64,000 nucleotides of DNA from Clostridiales bacterium (GTDB lineage Bacteria > Bacillota > Clostridia > Christensenellales > DTU072). Location: the NCBI GenBank assembly GCA_012520515.1, contig JAAYOD010000051.1, positions 1,880 to 65,879 of the forward strand. Reading direction: 5' to 3'. Below the pieces are notes generated by a model. It made no database searches. It saw only the letters and a list, made by a program, of their open reading frames with translations, and was not told where the DNA came from. A program made the position numbers and the translations under genes. How positions within the stretch are numbered: the first letter of the stretch is position 1; every line of letters begins with the position of its first letter. Below are positions 28,733 through 37,720 of the stretch, piece by piece.

Positions 28733-29360
28733 ATATTGCTCTACCTAATCTAATTAGATTGGCGCCGCTTTCAACGGCAATTAAATAATCATTGCTCATA
28801 CCCATTGATAAATAGCTAAATGTATTGGTTTTTAGCTGACTGTACTTAGCATATACTTTGTCAAAAGTTCTTTTGAGTTGGTCGTCGTCATAGTCTAAGG
28901 GTACAACTGCCATCACTCCCCTTATTTGTATGTTTTCAAAATACGCAATCTCATCCAAAAACGCATGAATATCTTCCAAAAATATTCCCCCTTTGGATTC
29001 TTCTTTGCCTGCGTTTATCTGCACTAAAACATCTTGAACCTTGTTATTCTTTTTGGCTTCTTTATCAATAGTTTTAGCAAGGCTGTATCTATCCACGCTG
29101 TGGATAAGCCTTACCTTGTCAATGATATACTTAACTTTGTTAGTCTGTAATTGGCCTATAAAATCCCATGTAATACTGTCGTCATACTTAGATAAAAGCT
29201 CTTGCACCCTGTTTTCTCCAGAAGCAGCAATAAGCTTGCTGCTCATAGCAAGCTGTACCTCGTCTATGGTGCGTGTTTTAGTCGCTGCTACAAGTTCTAC
29301 TTTATGATTTACGACAGATAAACTTTGCACAATTTTTTCAATGTTGTCTACAATATTCAT
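28716..29360 (-). CDS. yggS: YggS/YlmE-family pyridoxal-phosphate homeostasis protein
   Basis: VAATKT (PLP lysine), GENRVQE and SMGMSNDY motifs. The start is set at MNIVDNIEKI (ATG 29360). The track's TTG at 29396 adds a hydrophobic leader not typical of the family. Neither start has a clear RBS. Confidence 0.88.
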   Translation of the reverse strand: MNIVDNIEKIVQSLSVVNHKVELVAATKTRTIDEVQLAMSSKLIAASGENRVQELLSKYDDSITWDFIGQLQTNKVKYIIDKVRLIHSVDRYSLAKTIDKEAKKNNKVQDVLVQINAGKEESKGGIFLEDIHAFLDEIAYFENIQIRGVMAVVPLDYDDDQLKRTFDKVYAKYSQLKTNTFSYLSMGMSNDYLIAVESGANLIRLGRAIFGQRG

Positions 29361-29419
29361 ATAAGTTATGATAGCACACAACAATAATAAATGCAAGTTT
29401 TGACTACTTACTAAATGGG

Positions 29420-30064
29420 CTAAAAATCCCCGTCCATACTGTTATATTCTTGCTCAAAACCTATGCGATTTATGCTCACTTCATATGCAGTTCTAGTTTC
29501 TATATCGCCATTTTCTAGCTGTTTTTGATACTCTCTTGATTGAATTCTGCCATTTATGTAGACCTTTTGTCCTACATCGATATCTTTTATGAATCTAGCA
29601 TTTCTTCCCCATGCTATACACGGCAAGTAATCAGACTTATTATATGCTCTATTTACTGCAAGCAAAATATCGCTAATCTCTCTCTTAAATGGCGTAAGGC
29701 GATAAATGGGCGGCTTGCAAATATAGCCTACTAGGTCAATAGTATTTGGATTTCTACCTTCTTCTTCATCCAATATATCTCTTACAAACAGCGTAAGCAG
29801 CAATTTGCTTCTGCCATCAATTATTTTATTGTAGCTTCTAAGTTGTCCGCTCAAAGTAATGGTATTGCCTACGCTTACTCTATTGTCAGTGAGTAGCCTT
29901 TCGCTAATAGTAAAGGGGATATTGTCCACTTGCTCACTCAGTCTAGGTACGGACAATGTGCTTTCGTAAAACCCTTCTCCATACATTTGATGAGAATATC
30001 TCGGTTCCTCAATAACTATACCTGATATCGTAGCTATGTTGTTGTTCATCATTTCATAGTTCAT
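29420..30064 (-). CDS. SSB-like protein with two tandem OB folds
   Basis: The second half has a classic SSB pattern (NTIDLVGYICKPP...LAVNRAY...DYLPCIAWGRNA...GQKVYINGRIQSREY). The first half has a similar but weaker pattern. The C-terminus is acidic and ends DGDF. Confidence 0.6.
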   Translation of the reverse strand: MNYEMMNNNIATISGIVIEEPRYSHQMYGEGFYESTLSVPRLSEQVDNIPFTISERLLTDNRVSVGNTITLSGQLRSYNKIIDGRSKLLLTLFVRDILDEEEGRNPNTIDLVGYICKPPIYRLTPFKREISDILLAVNRAYNKSDYLPCIAWGRNARFIKDIDVGQKVYINGRIQSREYQKQLENGDIETRTAYEVSINRIGFEQEYNSMDGDF

Positions 30065-30085
30065 AATTACCGTACTCCTAATTTT

Positions 30086-30853
30086 TTACTTTGCGTTCGG
30101 GCGTTGAACGCCGTTGTTGTCTATATAATAATCATTTTGTATTACAAGCTCATCCATTCTTATAGAAGTTAGCTTTTTATTTTGCAATCCAAGCAGCACT
30201 AAGGGCAGTGCGTCTAGTATATGGTCGCTGTTGTTGTGACATAGAATAATAGAGCCTTTTTTTACCTTGGAAAGAATATTCGCTGTTATTTGTTTGCCCG
30301 ATATCCCTTTCCAATCCAGACTATCCACATCCCACTGTATGCCTTTTATGCCTTTTTCATTAAGCAGCGCTATTTGTTTATTATTGTATTCTCCAAAAGG
30401 CGCTCTAAAATAAGTTACATCTTCCCCTGTTATGTCCTTGATCTTTTTGGCGGTAGTTTCTATCTCCAAAAGCATTTGGTCATAACTTAAACTGTTAAAA
30501 TGCGCATGCGTGTTGCTATGATTGCCTATAAGATGTCCCCTTTTGTGTATTTCTTTTACCATTTCTGGATACTTATCTACCCAAAAACCGACCAAGAAGA
30601 ATGTTGCTTTGACATCATAAGTGTCCAAAATTTCCAATATTTGCATTGTCTTATCGCTTCCCCATGCCGCATCAAAACTTAGAGCCACATAGTTTTCTTG
30701 ACAATCAACACTGTATATCGGCAGAAGCTTGGCTGGCTTAGCGCTTGCCTCTTGACTGTTTTTTGCCGTTAGCGCAACTACGATACAAGCAATTATTGCT
30801 ATTATCAGCACAACAGCTATTATAAATCTGCACTTTTTGATTACTATAATCAT
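30086..30853 (-). CDS. membrane-anchored polysaccharide deacetylase (NodB homology domain; PdaA/PdaB-like)
   Basis: N-terminal TM helix. NodB motifs FDAAWG, ATFFLVG and GNHSNTH. Confidence 0.8.
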   Translation of the reverse strand: MIIVIKKCRFIIAVVLIIAIIACIVVALTAKNSQEASAKPAKLLPIYSVDCQENYVALSFDAAWGSDKTMQILEILDTYDVKATFFLVGFWVDKYPEMVKEIHKRGHLIGNHSNTHAHFNSLSYDQMLLEIETTAKKIKDITGEDVTYFRAPFGEYNNKQIALLNEKGIKGIQWDVDSLDWKGISGKQITANILSKVKKGSIILCHNNSDHILDALPLVLLGLQNKKLTSIRMDELVIQNDYYIDNNGVQRPNAK

Positions 30854-30960
30854 GCTTACCTCTCATATCTTAAGATACTTTCTATTCACAATAATGACTG
30901 CTTTTGTCAATTTTTGTTTAGATTTATCCTTCTCTATGATAAAGGTATGCGGTATTGATT

Positions 30961-32712
30961 TTATTTATGCTTTAAGCCTTTCTTGACATAAGGCGCGATT
31001 ATTTTTTTATTCTTGGGGTTTTTATATTGTAACAACGCTCTTTGCGTAACTTTTTCCTGTGCCGTTCTTGGCACAAATATTTCTTGGCCTGTATCGGGGT
31101 CAATGCCTGTGTAAAACATACAAGTAGATTTGGTGGCTGGAGTGGGATAAAAATCCTGTACTTGTTCTGGCATACGACCAACTTTTTTTAGATAATCGGT
31201 AAGTTTTAGCGCATCTTCTATTGTACACCCAGGGTGTGATGATATAAGATAGGGCACAAGAAATTGTTTTTTATTAAGTTTCAAATTATAATCTTCATAC
31301 TTTTTCTTAAATTCTTCATATACGCTAAACTTTGGCTTATTCATAAGGCGTAAAACATTGTCACAACAGTGCTCTGGGGCTACTTTAAGTTGACCGCTAA
31401 TATGATGTTCAACTAGCTCTTCAAAAAATTGGTTATTCTTATCCATTAGCATATAATCATAGCGAATACCACTGCGCACAAACACTTTTTTAATGCCTGG
31501 CAAACTTCTTACTGCTCTTAAAACATCTAGATAATCTTGATGGTCTACAATTAAGCTTGGACAAACCTTATACCCTATACACTGGCGGTCCTTACATACG
31601 CCGTGAGCGACTTGTTTTTTACAAGAAGGATTTCTAAAGTTTGCCGTCGGCCCGACAATATCGTGTATATATCCTTTAAAGTCAGGCAGCTTTATCAGCT
31701 TTTCAGCTTCGCTTACTATGCTCTTTAAGCTACGCTTAGATATAGTTCTGCCTTGATGAAAACTTAGCGCGCAATATGAGCAGTTGCCAAAACACCCTCT
31801 ATGGGAAGTTATGGAAAATCGCACTTCGCTTATAGCTGGTATTTCTTCTTGATAGCTATCGTGCGCGCGCAACATATATGGTAAGGCATATACTTTGTCC
31901 ATCTCTTCAGTGGTAAGCGGTCTTGATGGAGGATTAACAATTACATATTCATTTCTATGCTTTTGCGCCAACATTTTACCCGATAGATAGTTGCTATTTT
32001 CTGCTTGCAGTTTAAAAGCTTGTACATATTTCAATCTATCGGCGCAAACTTCTTCAAAGCTAGGGCAAAACATTATGTCATTATTGTCTATTTTTTCTTT
32101 AACTTCTTTAGGTAAATTATGATAGCTTTGTAAAAACGCTGTACCATCTACATCTTTTATCTTTTTAACAGGGATACCTCTTTTAATTGCGTCAAGCACA
32201 TTCCAAAGCGCTCTTTCCCCCATTCCATACATCAACAAATCTGCTCTGCTATCTACTAGTATAGACGGCTTTACAACATTGTCCCAATAGTCATAATGCG
32301 CCATACGGCGCAAACTTGCTTCTATACCGCCAATTATTATAGGCACATCGGGATATAACCTTTTAAGTACGCGGCTATATACAGTAACTGCTCTATCGGG
32401 GCGATTCCCTACCCTTCCGCCTTCGCTATATTCATCTCGTTTTCTAGGAAATTTTGCAACGGTATAATTATTGACCATGCTGTCTACAACGCCGCCGCTT
32501 ATCAAAAATGCTATGTTTGGTCTACCGAATTTTTTATAGTCTTGGTCTGTCTTTGGTTGGCTAATTATTGCAATAGAAAAGCCTTCGCTTTCAACTACTC
32601 TAGAAATGATAGCGTGTCCAAAACTTGGGTGGTCGACATAGGCTTCGGGTATAATAAAGATAAAATCCGCCGAAGTCGTCAACTCATTGGGTAGAAAAGG
32701 TAAAAACGACAT
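30961..32712 (-). CDS. ygiQ: YgiQ-family radical SAM protein (UPF0313)
   Basis: The N-terminal segment DFIFIIPEAYVDHPSFGHAIISRV is typical of YgiQ. CxxxCxxC motif CFGNCSYC. Length 583 aa. Confidence 0.88.
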   Translation of the reverse strand: MSFLPFLPNELTTSADFIFIIPEAYVDHPSFGHAIISRVVESEGFSIAIISQPKTDQDYKKFGRPNIAFLISGGVVDSMVNNYTVAKFPRKRDEYSEGGRVGNRPDRAVTVYSRVLKRLYPDVPIIIGGIEASLRRMAHYDYWDNVVKPSILVDSRADLLMYGMGERALWNVLDAIKRGIPVKKIKDVDGTAFLQSYHNLPKEVKEKIDNNDIMFCPSFEEVCADRLKYVQAFKLQAENSNYLSGKMLAQKHRNEYVIVNPPSRPLTTEEMDKVYALPYMLRAHDSYQEEIPAISEVRFSITSHRGCFGNCSYCALSFHQGRTISKRSLKSIVSEAEKLIKLPDFKGYIHDIVGPTANFRNPSCKKQVAHGVCKDRQCIGYKVCPSLIVDHQDYLDVLRAVRSLPGIKKVFVRSGIRYDYMLMDKNNQFFEELVEHHISGQLKVAPEHCCDNVLRLMNKPKFSVYEEFKKKYEDYNLKLNKKQFLVPYLISSHPGCTIEDALKLTDYLKKVGRMPEQVQDFYPTPATKSTCMFYTGIDPDTGQEIFVPRTAQEKVTQRALLQYKNPKNKKIIAPYVKKGLKHK

Positions 32713-32713
32713 T

Positions 32714-33970
32714 TTAGTCCCTTGCTATATCCTTACGATAATGCATACCTTCAAAGCTTATTTTGGTGATATTTTCATAAATTTTATCAGCGCACTCTTG
32801 CTTATCTGCGCCTAGCGAACATATTCCCATAACTCTGCCGCCTGAAGTTCTAAGTTCTCCATCTGTAAGTTTTGTTCCTGCATGATAAAGCATAACATCG
32901 TCATCAATTTCGCCTATATTTATTTTGAAATTTTTGCTATATTCTAAAGGATAGCCGCCTGATGTCATGATTACACATACGGCAGTCCCATCTTTCCAGC
33001 TCAACTCAATCTCGTTAAGCTGCTGGTGAATTACAGCGCAAAGTATATCAAAAATTGGTGTCTCTAACAACGGAATGATTACTTGGCTTTCGGCGTCGCA
33101 TAGTCTTACTGTAAAGTCCACCACTTTAAGCTCTTGTTCTTCCGTCAAAATAAGGTGGAATGACAGCACGCCTTTAAATGTTCTGCCTTCTTGATTAAGA
33201 GCATTCATTGTAGGTATAAAAATACGCTCCATAGCCATCTTCTCAATCTCTTCGGTGTATTCGTCAGCTGGCGCTACAGCTCCCATGCCTGCCGTGCTCA
33301 TACCCATATCGTTGTCAAAAACTCTCTTATAGCTATTTACCGCTTTCATAGGCAATATGGTATTTCCATCACAAAAAGTCATTACGGTAAAGATTTTGCC
33401 TGGGATATATTCTTCCACAACTATTGACTTACCCGCATCTCCAAACATTTCGGCAACCATAATGTCATACATTGCATTTTCCGCTTCTTTTATATTGCGG
33501 CAAAACATTATGCCTTTGCCTGCAGTGCGTCCATTTGTCTTAATAACTAGCGGATAGGGTTGTGTATTTATGTATCTTTTTGCCTTGCTGTAATCATTAA
33601 AAACCTTGTATTTTGGCGATGGGATATTGTATTTTGCGCACAAATCCCTGCTATATGTCTTGTTGCTTTCCATAACAGCGGCAAGCGCGCTTGCGCCAAA
33701 AGCCAAATGTCCTTTTTCCATTAGCTTATCAGTAAGCCCTTTGGCTAACGCTTCGTCTGGTGAAACCACTGTAAGTTTAATGTTGGGATTGGAATCTAAA
33801 AATTCTATAATACTGTCATGGTCGTCTATACTCATTTTTACACAATGGGCAATTCCAGCCAATCCACCATTACCCGGAATGCAAAATATATTATCCACTC
33901 TTGCATCTTTTTTAAGAGCTATCGCCAAAGCATGCTCCCTTCCTCTTGAACCTATTAGTAGTATATCCAT
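32714..33970 (-). CDS. PurD-like ATP-grasp protein (phosphoribosylamine-glycine ligase family, divergent motifs)
   Basis: Colinear with PurD (GSRGREHALA, VIKTNGRTAGKGI, GGRVMG). The start is set at MDILLIGS (ATG 33970) with GGAGGAAACAAGGA upstream. Several invariant PurD positions are substituted (see findings). Confidence 0.7.
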   Translation of the reverse strand: MDILLIGSRGREHALAIALKKDARVDNIFCIPGNGGLAGIAHCVKMSIDDHDSIIEFLDSNPNIKLTVVSPDEALAKGLTDKLMEKGHLAFGASALAAVMESNKTYSRDLCAKYNIPSPKYKVFNDYSKAKRYINTQPYPLVIKTNGRTAGKGIMFCRNIKEAENAMYDIMVAEMFGDAGKSIVVEEYIPGKIFTVMTFCDGNTILPMKAVNSYKRVFDNDMGMSTAGMGAVAPADEYTEEIEKMAMERIFIPTMNALNQEGRTFKGVLSFHLILTEEQELKVVDFTVRLCDAESQVIIPLLETPIFDILCAVIHQQLNEIELSWKDGTAVCVIMTSGGYPLEYSKNFKINIGEIDDDVMLYHAGTKLTDGELRTSGGRVMGICSLGADKQECADKIYENITKISFEGMHYRKDIARD

Positions 33971-34031
33971 TCCTTGTTTCCTCCTTGGATTGGTTTCGCG
34001 CACAAAAAGCCAAATGCTTTTTATATACTTT

Positions 34032-34673
34032 TTATCTTATGTTGCCTTGATACATTTCCCACTGGGGATATTCAATTATGTTATTGTAGCGTTTTAATGC
34101 CGTACTTGGCACTCTTATATTTAATATCTCAGAGCTTACATACTTGCTTGTCTTAGCGTCCACCACAGAAAAAGCATGTTCGCCAAGTTCTGGCGGTATT
34201 ATAGCGTAGAGATAAACATCTCTTAATGAAGTACAGTTCAAAAAAGCGTACTCCCCTATGCTTTTAATTGTTGTGGGCAAATCTATTCTTGTCGCTTTCG
34301 CCTTGCTAAAGGCAAATTTTTCTATTGTTGTAATGCCTTGAGAAAGGTAAATGATATCATAGTCGCTTTTATAAAACGCTAAGTCGCCAATAGTCGTTAC
34401 GCTATACTCTATATCTTTGTAAACAATAGTTGCTGGAATAGTGATAGAAACTATGTCAGGATAGTTTGCATTTGGCAAAACGCTGGTAACTTTTGCGTAA
34501 AAAGTCTCTTCCGACTGATTTTCAAGTTTATAGATGCTGTAAGTTACGCCTAATACTTGGTCCGTATATTCGTCAATAGCAATTTCCTTACTCTCTTTAT
34601 CTTGGCAAGCAGTAAGCATTATTGTGACAAATACTAATACTAGCAAGACAGGAATAATTTTTTTTGCTTTCAT
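34032..34673 (-). CDS. BspA-type leucine-rich-repeat surface lipoprotein
   Basis: Signal peptide with lipobox LTAC. Repeated units of the form I.IP..V..IG..AF..C..L (ITIPATIVY...TTIGDLAF, ITTIEKFAF, IKSIGEYAFLNCTSL). Confidence 0.75.
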   Translation of the reverse strand: MKAKKIIPVLLVLVFVTIMLTACQDKESKEIAIDEYTDQVLGVTYSIYKLENQSEETFYAKVTSVLPNANYPDIVSITIPATIVYKDIEYSVTTIGDLAFYKSDYDIIYLSQGITTIEKFAFSKAKATRIDLPTTIKSIGEYAFLNCTSLRDVYLYAIIPPELGEHAFSVVDAKTSKYVSSEILNIRVPSTALKRYNNIIEYPQWEMYQGNIR

Positions 34674-34729
34674 GTTTTCTCCTAGTGTATGACAATATAT
34701 TTACAGACAACAAATATATTATGGTATAT

Positions 34730-34758
34730 ATTATATACTATTACATAATATTAGTCAA
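34730..34758 (-). promoter_or_regulatory. near-consensus sigma-A promoter for the LRR lipoprotein gene
   Basis: Minus strand reads TTGACT, 17 nt, TATAAT (-35 at 34758..34753, -10 at 34735..34730). A TAGGAG RBS precedes the ATG at 34673. Confidence 0.65.
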
Positions 34759-34789
34759 TAAAGATAGAAAAATCGCTATTAAAAGCACT

Positions 34790-34820
34790 AAAAAAGGGCA
34801 ACTTGAGTTGCCCTTTTTTA
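34790..34820. terminator. rho-independent terminator (hairpin flanked by A- and T-runs) after the 778-aa lipoprotein gene
   Basis: AAAAAGGGCAAC ttga GTTGCCCTTTTTT. This is a 9-bp stem. On the minus strand it is followed by T6, 23 nt after the stop at 34843. Confidence 0.85.
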
Positions 34821-34842
34821 GTATTAAACTAAGTTAATTTAA

Positions 34843-37179
34843 CTATTTATTTACCCTTGTTTGCTTAACAATATATCCAGCATATAGAACTAGGTCACAA
34901 TTGACTTCGTCGCTTTCTTCAAGCTTATATTTTAAGTCGGAATCCAAATACCATCCAACAAAGGTGGTATATTCGTATTTATAATACACTCTGTTTATTC
35001 CCACTGTTACTTCAATGTTGCCTTCTGCCTTTGCAGGTGTACTATGGTTATCCCACCAGTTTTGTCCTTCTGTTGTGCCAGACGGAACATCGTCGTCAGA
35101 ATCAATGGAGGCATCTAGTACACCTTGCTTAAATTCTTCGCCCATTTTTATGGTGATTTCTTGATACTCTTTAAAGTCATTTTTGCTTGCAGCCATATCG
35201 CTTTCAAGGGGCAAATGAGTGCCTTGATGATAGATAGGACCATATGTTCTTGAATCTACTCCGTTGGGCAAAGTATCAAGATTATAGTCAACGCTAGGTG
35301 TTTTGAATGTCAAAACGGTTCTACCGCTAACTCTTTGCAAAATTGTAGCATAGTTATGCGCAAATTGTGAGATAGAATGTCTTGTATCATACTCTTTTGT
35401 GCACTCTATATGGCGACAACCTTCTTCGTCTAGCCCTAGTCTACAAGGTTGGAATATTCTCTTTATTACAAGGTCTTTTTGTCTTTGCAGTTTTCCATCC
35501 TTAGTACCATAAACAGGAATACTGGCATAGTTGGCTTCATCTAGAGCATTTTCTATCTCTTTATTCATAGTAGCCCAGCTTTCCGACGATGCTTTTTCGG
35601 CTTTTGTTTTTACATTAGCATCGGAAAGAGATTGTCCCATTTGGTCAATAATGGCTTCAATTTTGCCTTTTGCGTAGTCTTTTGCTCCCGTCAAATCAGC
35701 AGCATAGCCATTGGTATAGATATACTCGTCAGGCTCTATCTTATCAACGACTAAAAGAACTATATCTTTTTTGTGGTTTTGAATGCTGCTTACCATGTCA
35801 CTACTATAATTATATATTTGGTAGCGAAGAGCGTTGCCAAGTTCTGTATTTGTCATATTTGTCAACAAATAATTGCTGATTTTTAGCTGCTCTTTATTGT
35901 AATAATATTCACCTTTTGCGGCATTTTCCGCTCCTTGATTTTTACCATTTTCATAGTCCGTATTAGCTTGATTATAGGCATTCATCTTAGCAGAATCTCC
36001 GCCATAGCACCATAGCCAGTCAGTCATTTTTAGCTGTCCTGCAAAACCATTATTTGTCATACCTTTTCTCATTTCGTCGGTATAACTCATATTGTTGTGT
36101 TGATTAATGCCATATACTTCGTTTTCACGATTTTCCTTTACTTCTTGGAAAGCTAGATGCACAGGATAAAAGGATTTTTCATAAAAGCTATCGCTATACC
36201 TATAAGTATTTTCATAGGACTTGCGTTGTAGCGTTACATAATCTGCCCATTCGGCATTGGTGTATGTAGTCATATGTCCGTACTTAAGTTGTTTCTCAAA
36301 CTCTTCGTCAGAAGTCTCCTCATACACTCTTTTTTCATAGTCATAATAATAGCCGTAAAGACGCACGCTTCTAGCTATCTCAGCGCCCTGTCTATAATAG
36401 TCAGAAAAGGCTAGGAAATAAACAAGCAAGTCATAGTCAAGCTCTTCTTTGCAATAATTCCAAAATTCGTCTGAAGATGGGTTAGTTGGGTCTGCGTTAA
36501 ATGCAGCGTTTGACATTTTTTCCACAACTTTTATAGCGTATACCACCTCATAGATAAGTACGCGCGCAAATTCGTCACCAGACATACCGATGCCAAAGAT
36601 TTTGCCCGCCATATTGCGATATTGACGCTTTACATTGTCGTCTGCTTTATCTGATGGATTATTGTCAGCTTCTTCTTTCAATTTTTCATAATAATCATAG
36701 TCGTCGAAGAATGACCAGCCTGGTGTGCTTGGCTTTTCGCCTGATGCTACTTTATCTTCAATTTGAGCGCTTGTCACATCGGTCTCTCCTGCAAGATAAT
36801 CAATAACTTGAGTCATTTTGTTATAAGGAAGAGCAGCAACTCTCATGGCTTCAATAATCTCTGAACCATCAGAATTTGCAAATATCTTAACTACTGAAGA
36901 AAGTTCATCATAATCTGGGTCGTTCTTCTTTTTTGCAATTCTGTTGTCTAGTTTTTCTTCTTCCGCTTGCGTTCCAGCAGTGTAAGTAACAGCAGCTGGT
37001 GAATGATGATTAGCACTCAAAGCATAGTTCGTAAGGTCTGGAAGATGTTTTATATCACTTGGTTTTAGTGAGTCAGAGCCCGGTGGTCCAGTGGGTGGCT
37101 TTTTGGGACCGCATGCAGCTAGAGCAAAAATCAAAATAATTGAAATGACCACTAGCAACGCCTTGTGGGAAAATTTCAT
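34843..37179 (-). CDS. 778-aa surface lipoprotein of unknown function with a C-terminal Listeria-Bacteroides (Flg_new-like) repeat
   Basis: Signal peptide with lipobox LAAC followed by a Pro/Gly linker. The central region is Tyr/Asp/Glu-rich. The C-terminal segment YTTFVGWYLDSDLKYKLEESDEVNCDLVLYAGY matches the F.GWY.D....F......LYA.W repeat pattern. Confidence 0.7.
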   Translation of the reverse strand: MKFSHKALLVVISIILIFALAACGPKKPPTGPPGSDSLKPSDIKHLPDLTNYALSANHHSPAAVTYTAGTQAEEEKLDNRIAKKKNDPDYDELSSVVKIFANSDGSEIIEAMRVAALPYNKMTQVIDYLAGETDVTSAQIEDKVASGEKPSTPGWSFFDDYDYYEKLKEEADNNPSDKADDNVKRQYRNMAGKIFGIGMSGDEFARVLIYEVVYAIKVVEKMSNAAFNADPTNPSSDEFWNYCKEELDYDLLVYFLAFSDYYRQGAEIARSVRLYGYYYDYEKRVYEETSDEEFEKQLKYGHMTTYTNAEWADYVTLQRKSYENTYRYSDSFYEKSFYPVHLAFQEVKENRENEVYGINQHNNMSYTDEMRKGMTNNGFAGQLKMTDWLWCYGGDSAKMNAYNQANTDYENGKNQGAENAAKGEYYYNKEQLKISNYLLTNMTNTELGNALRYQIYNYSSDMVSSIQNHKKDIVLLVVDKIEPDEYIYTNGYAADLTGAKDYAKGKIEAIIDQMGQSLSDANVKTKAEKASSESWATMNKEIENALDEANYASIPVYGTKDGKLQRQKDLVIKRIFQPCRLGLDEEGCRHIECTKEYDTRHSISQFAHNYATILQRVSGRTVLTFKTPSVDYNLDTLPNGVDSRTYGPIYHQGTHLPLESDMAASKNDFKEYQEITIKMGEEFKQGVLDASIDSDDDVPSGTTEGQNWWDNHSTPAKAEGNIEVTVGINRVYYKYEYTTFVGWYLDSDLKYKLEESDEVNCDLVLYAGYIVKQTRVNK

Positions 37180-37216
37180 ATATCCTCCTAAAATTTATTC
37201 ATATTTTATCAAGTCT

Positions 37217-37245
37217 ATTATATTAAATAATAGTAATTGTGTCAA
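37217..37245 (-). promoter_or_regulatory. perfect-consensus sigma-A promoter for the 778-aa lipoprotein gene
   Basis: Minus strand reads TTGACA, 17 nt, TATAAT (-35 at 37245..37240, -10 at 37222..37217). A TAGGAGG RBS precedes the ATG at 37179. Confidence 0.75.
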
Positions 37246-37415
37246 TACATAATGACCCTTTTATTTAGCTTGGCAGCTATCTTTTAAGCAAAGCATTAAG
37301 CTATCAAAAAGCAAATAACTTAAGGTAAGTTTTACAACACATTACAATATATAACTATGCTTTTTACAGCAATGCTGAAAATAATAAACCTGCAAATGTA
37401 ATTTAATCAAAACTA

Positions 37416-37445
37416 TTGACAAAATGTTCTTAGATATGTTATTAT
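37416..37445 (+). promoter_or_regulatory. sigma-A promoter for tRNA-Ser
   Basis: TTGACA (37416..37421), 18 nt, TATTAT (37440..37445), about 40 nt upstream of the tRNA 5' end. Confidence 0.65.
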
Positions 37446-37487
37446 CAATAAGCAATTAACACAAGTTACCAGCTTTAGGACTAAAAT

Positions 37488-37579
37488 GGAGAAATACCCA
37501 AGAGGCCGAAGGGGCTCCCCTGCTAAGGGAGTAGTACGAGTGAATCGTAGCGAGAGTTCAAATCTCTCTTTCTCCGCCA
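37488..37579 (+). tRNA. tRNA-Ser (anticodon GCU), class II, CCA encoded
   Basis: Hand-folded. Acceptor stem GGAGAAA/TTTCTCC, 3-bp D stem, anticodon stem CTCCC/GGGAG with loop CTGCTAA. Long variable arm (TACGA/TCGTA). T arm GAGAG-TTCAAAT-CTCTC, discriminator G, then CCA. Confidence 0.93.
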
Positions 37580-37585
37580 AAGCAT

Positions 37586-37632
37586 GAACGAGCTGAACGC
37601 CGTATAGGAAGTTCAACTCGTTCTTTCATTTT
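37586..37632 (+). terminator. terminator after tRNA-Ser
   Basis: GAACGAGCTGAAC ... GTTCAACTCGTTC, a 13-bp stem with one mismatch, followed by TTTCATTTT. Confidence 0.7.
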
Positions 37633-37720
37633 ATGAAAAGTAATAAAGAAACAATTTAATGTTAAAGGGAGGATAGAGAAAATTAAGACTCAGAAAAAGA
37701 CGCTTACGCAATGGTTTACA

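Noticed and set aside
34658-34665. An A8/T8 homopolymer in codons 3-5 of the LRR lipoprotein gene, and a T7 at the start of the giant gene (about 49032..49038), considered as slipped-strand phase-variation tracts.
   Set aside because: These tracts simply encode the Lys-rich n-region of signal peptides in an AT-rich genome. They are at or below the length usually associated with phase variation. Population read data would be needed.
37413-37616. A 67-aa minus-strand ORF in the accessory region.
   Set aside because: It is the reverse complement of the tRNA-Ser(GCU) gene and its flanks, so it is an ORF-finder artefact.
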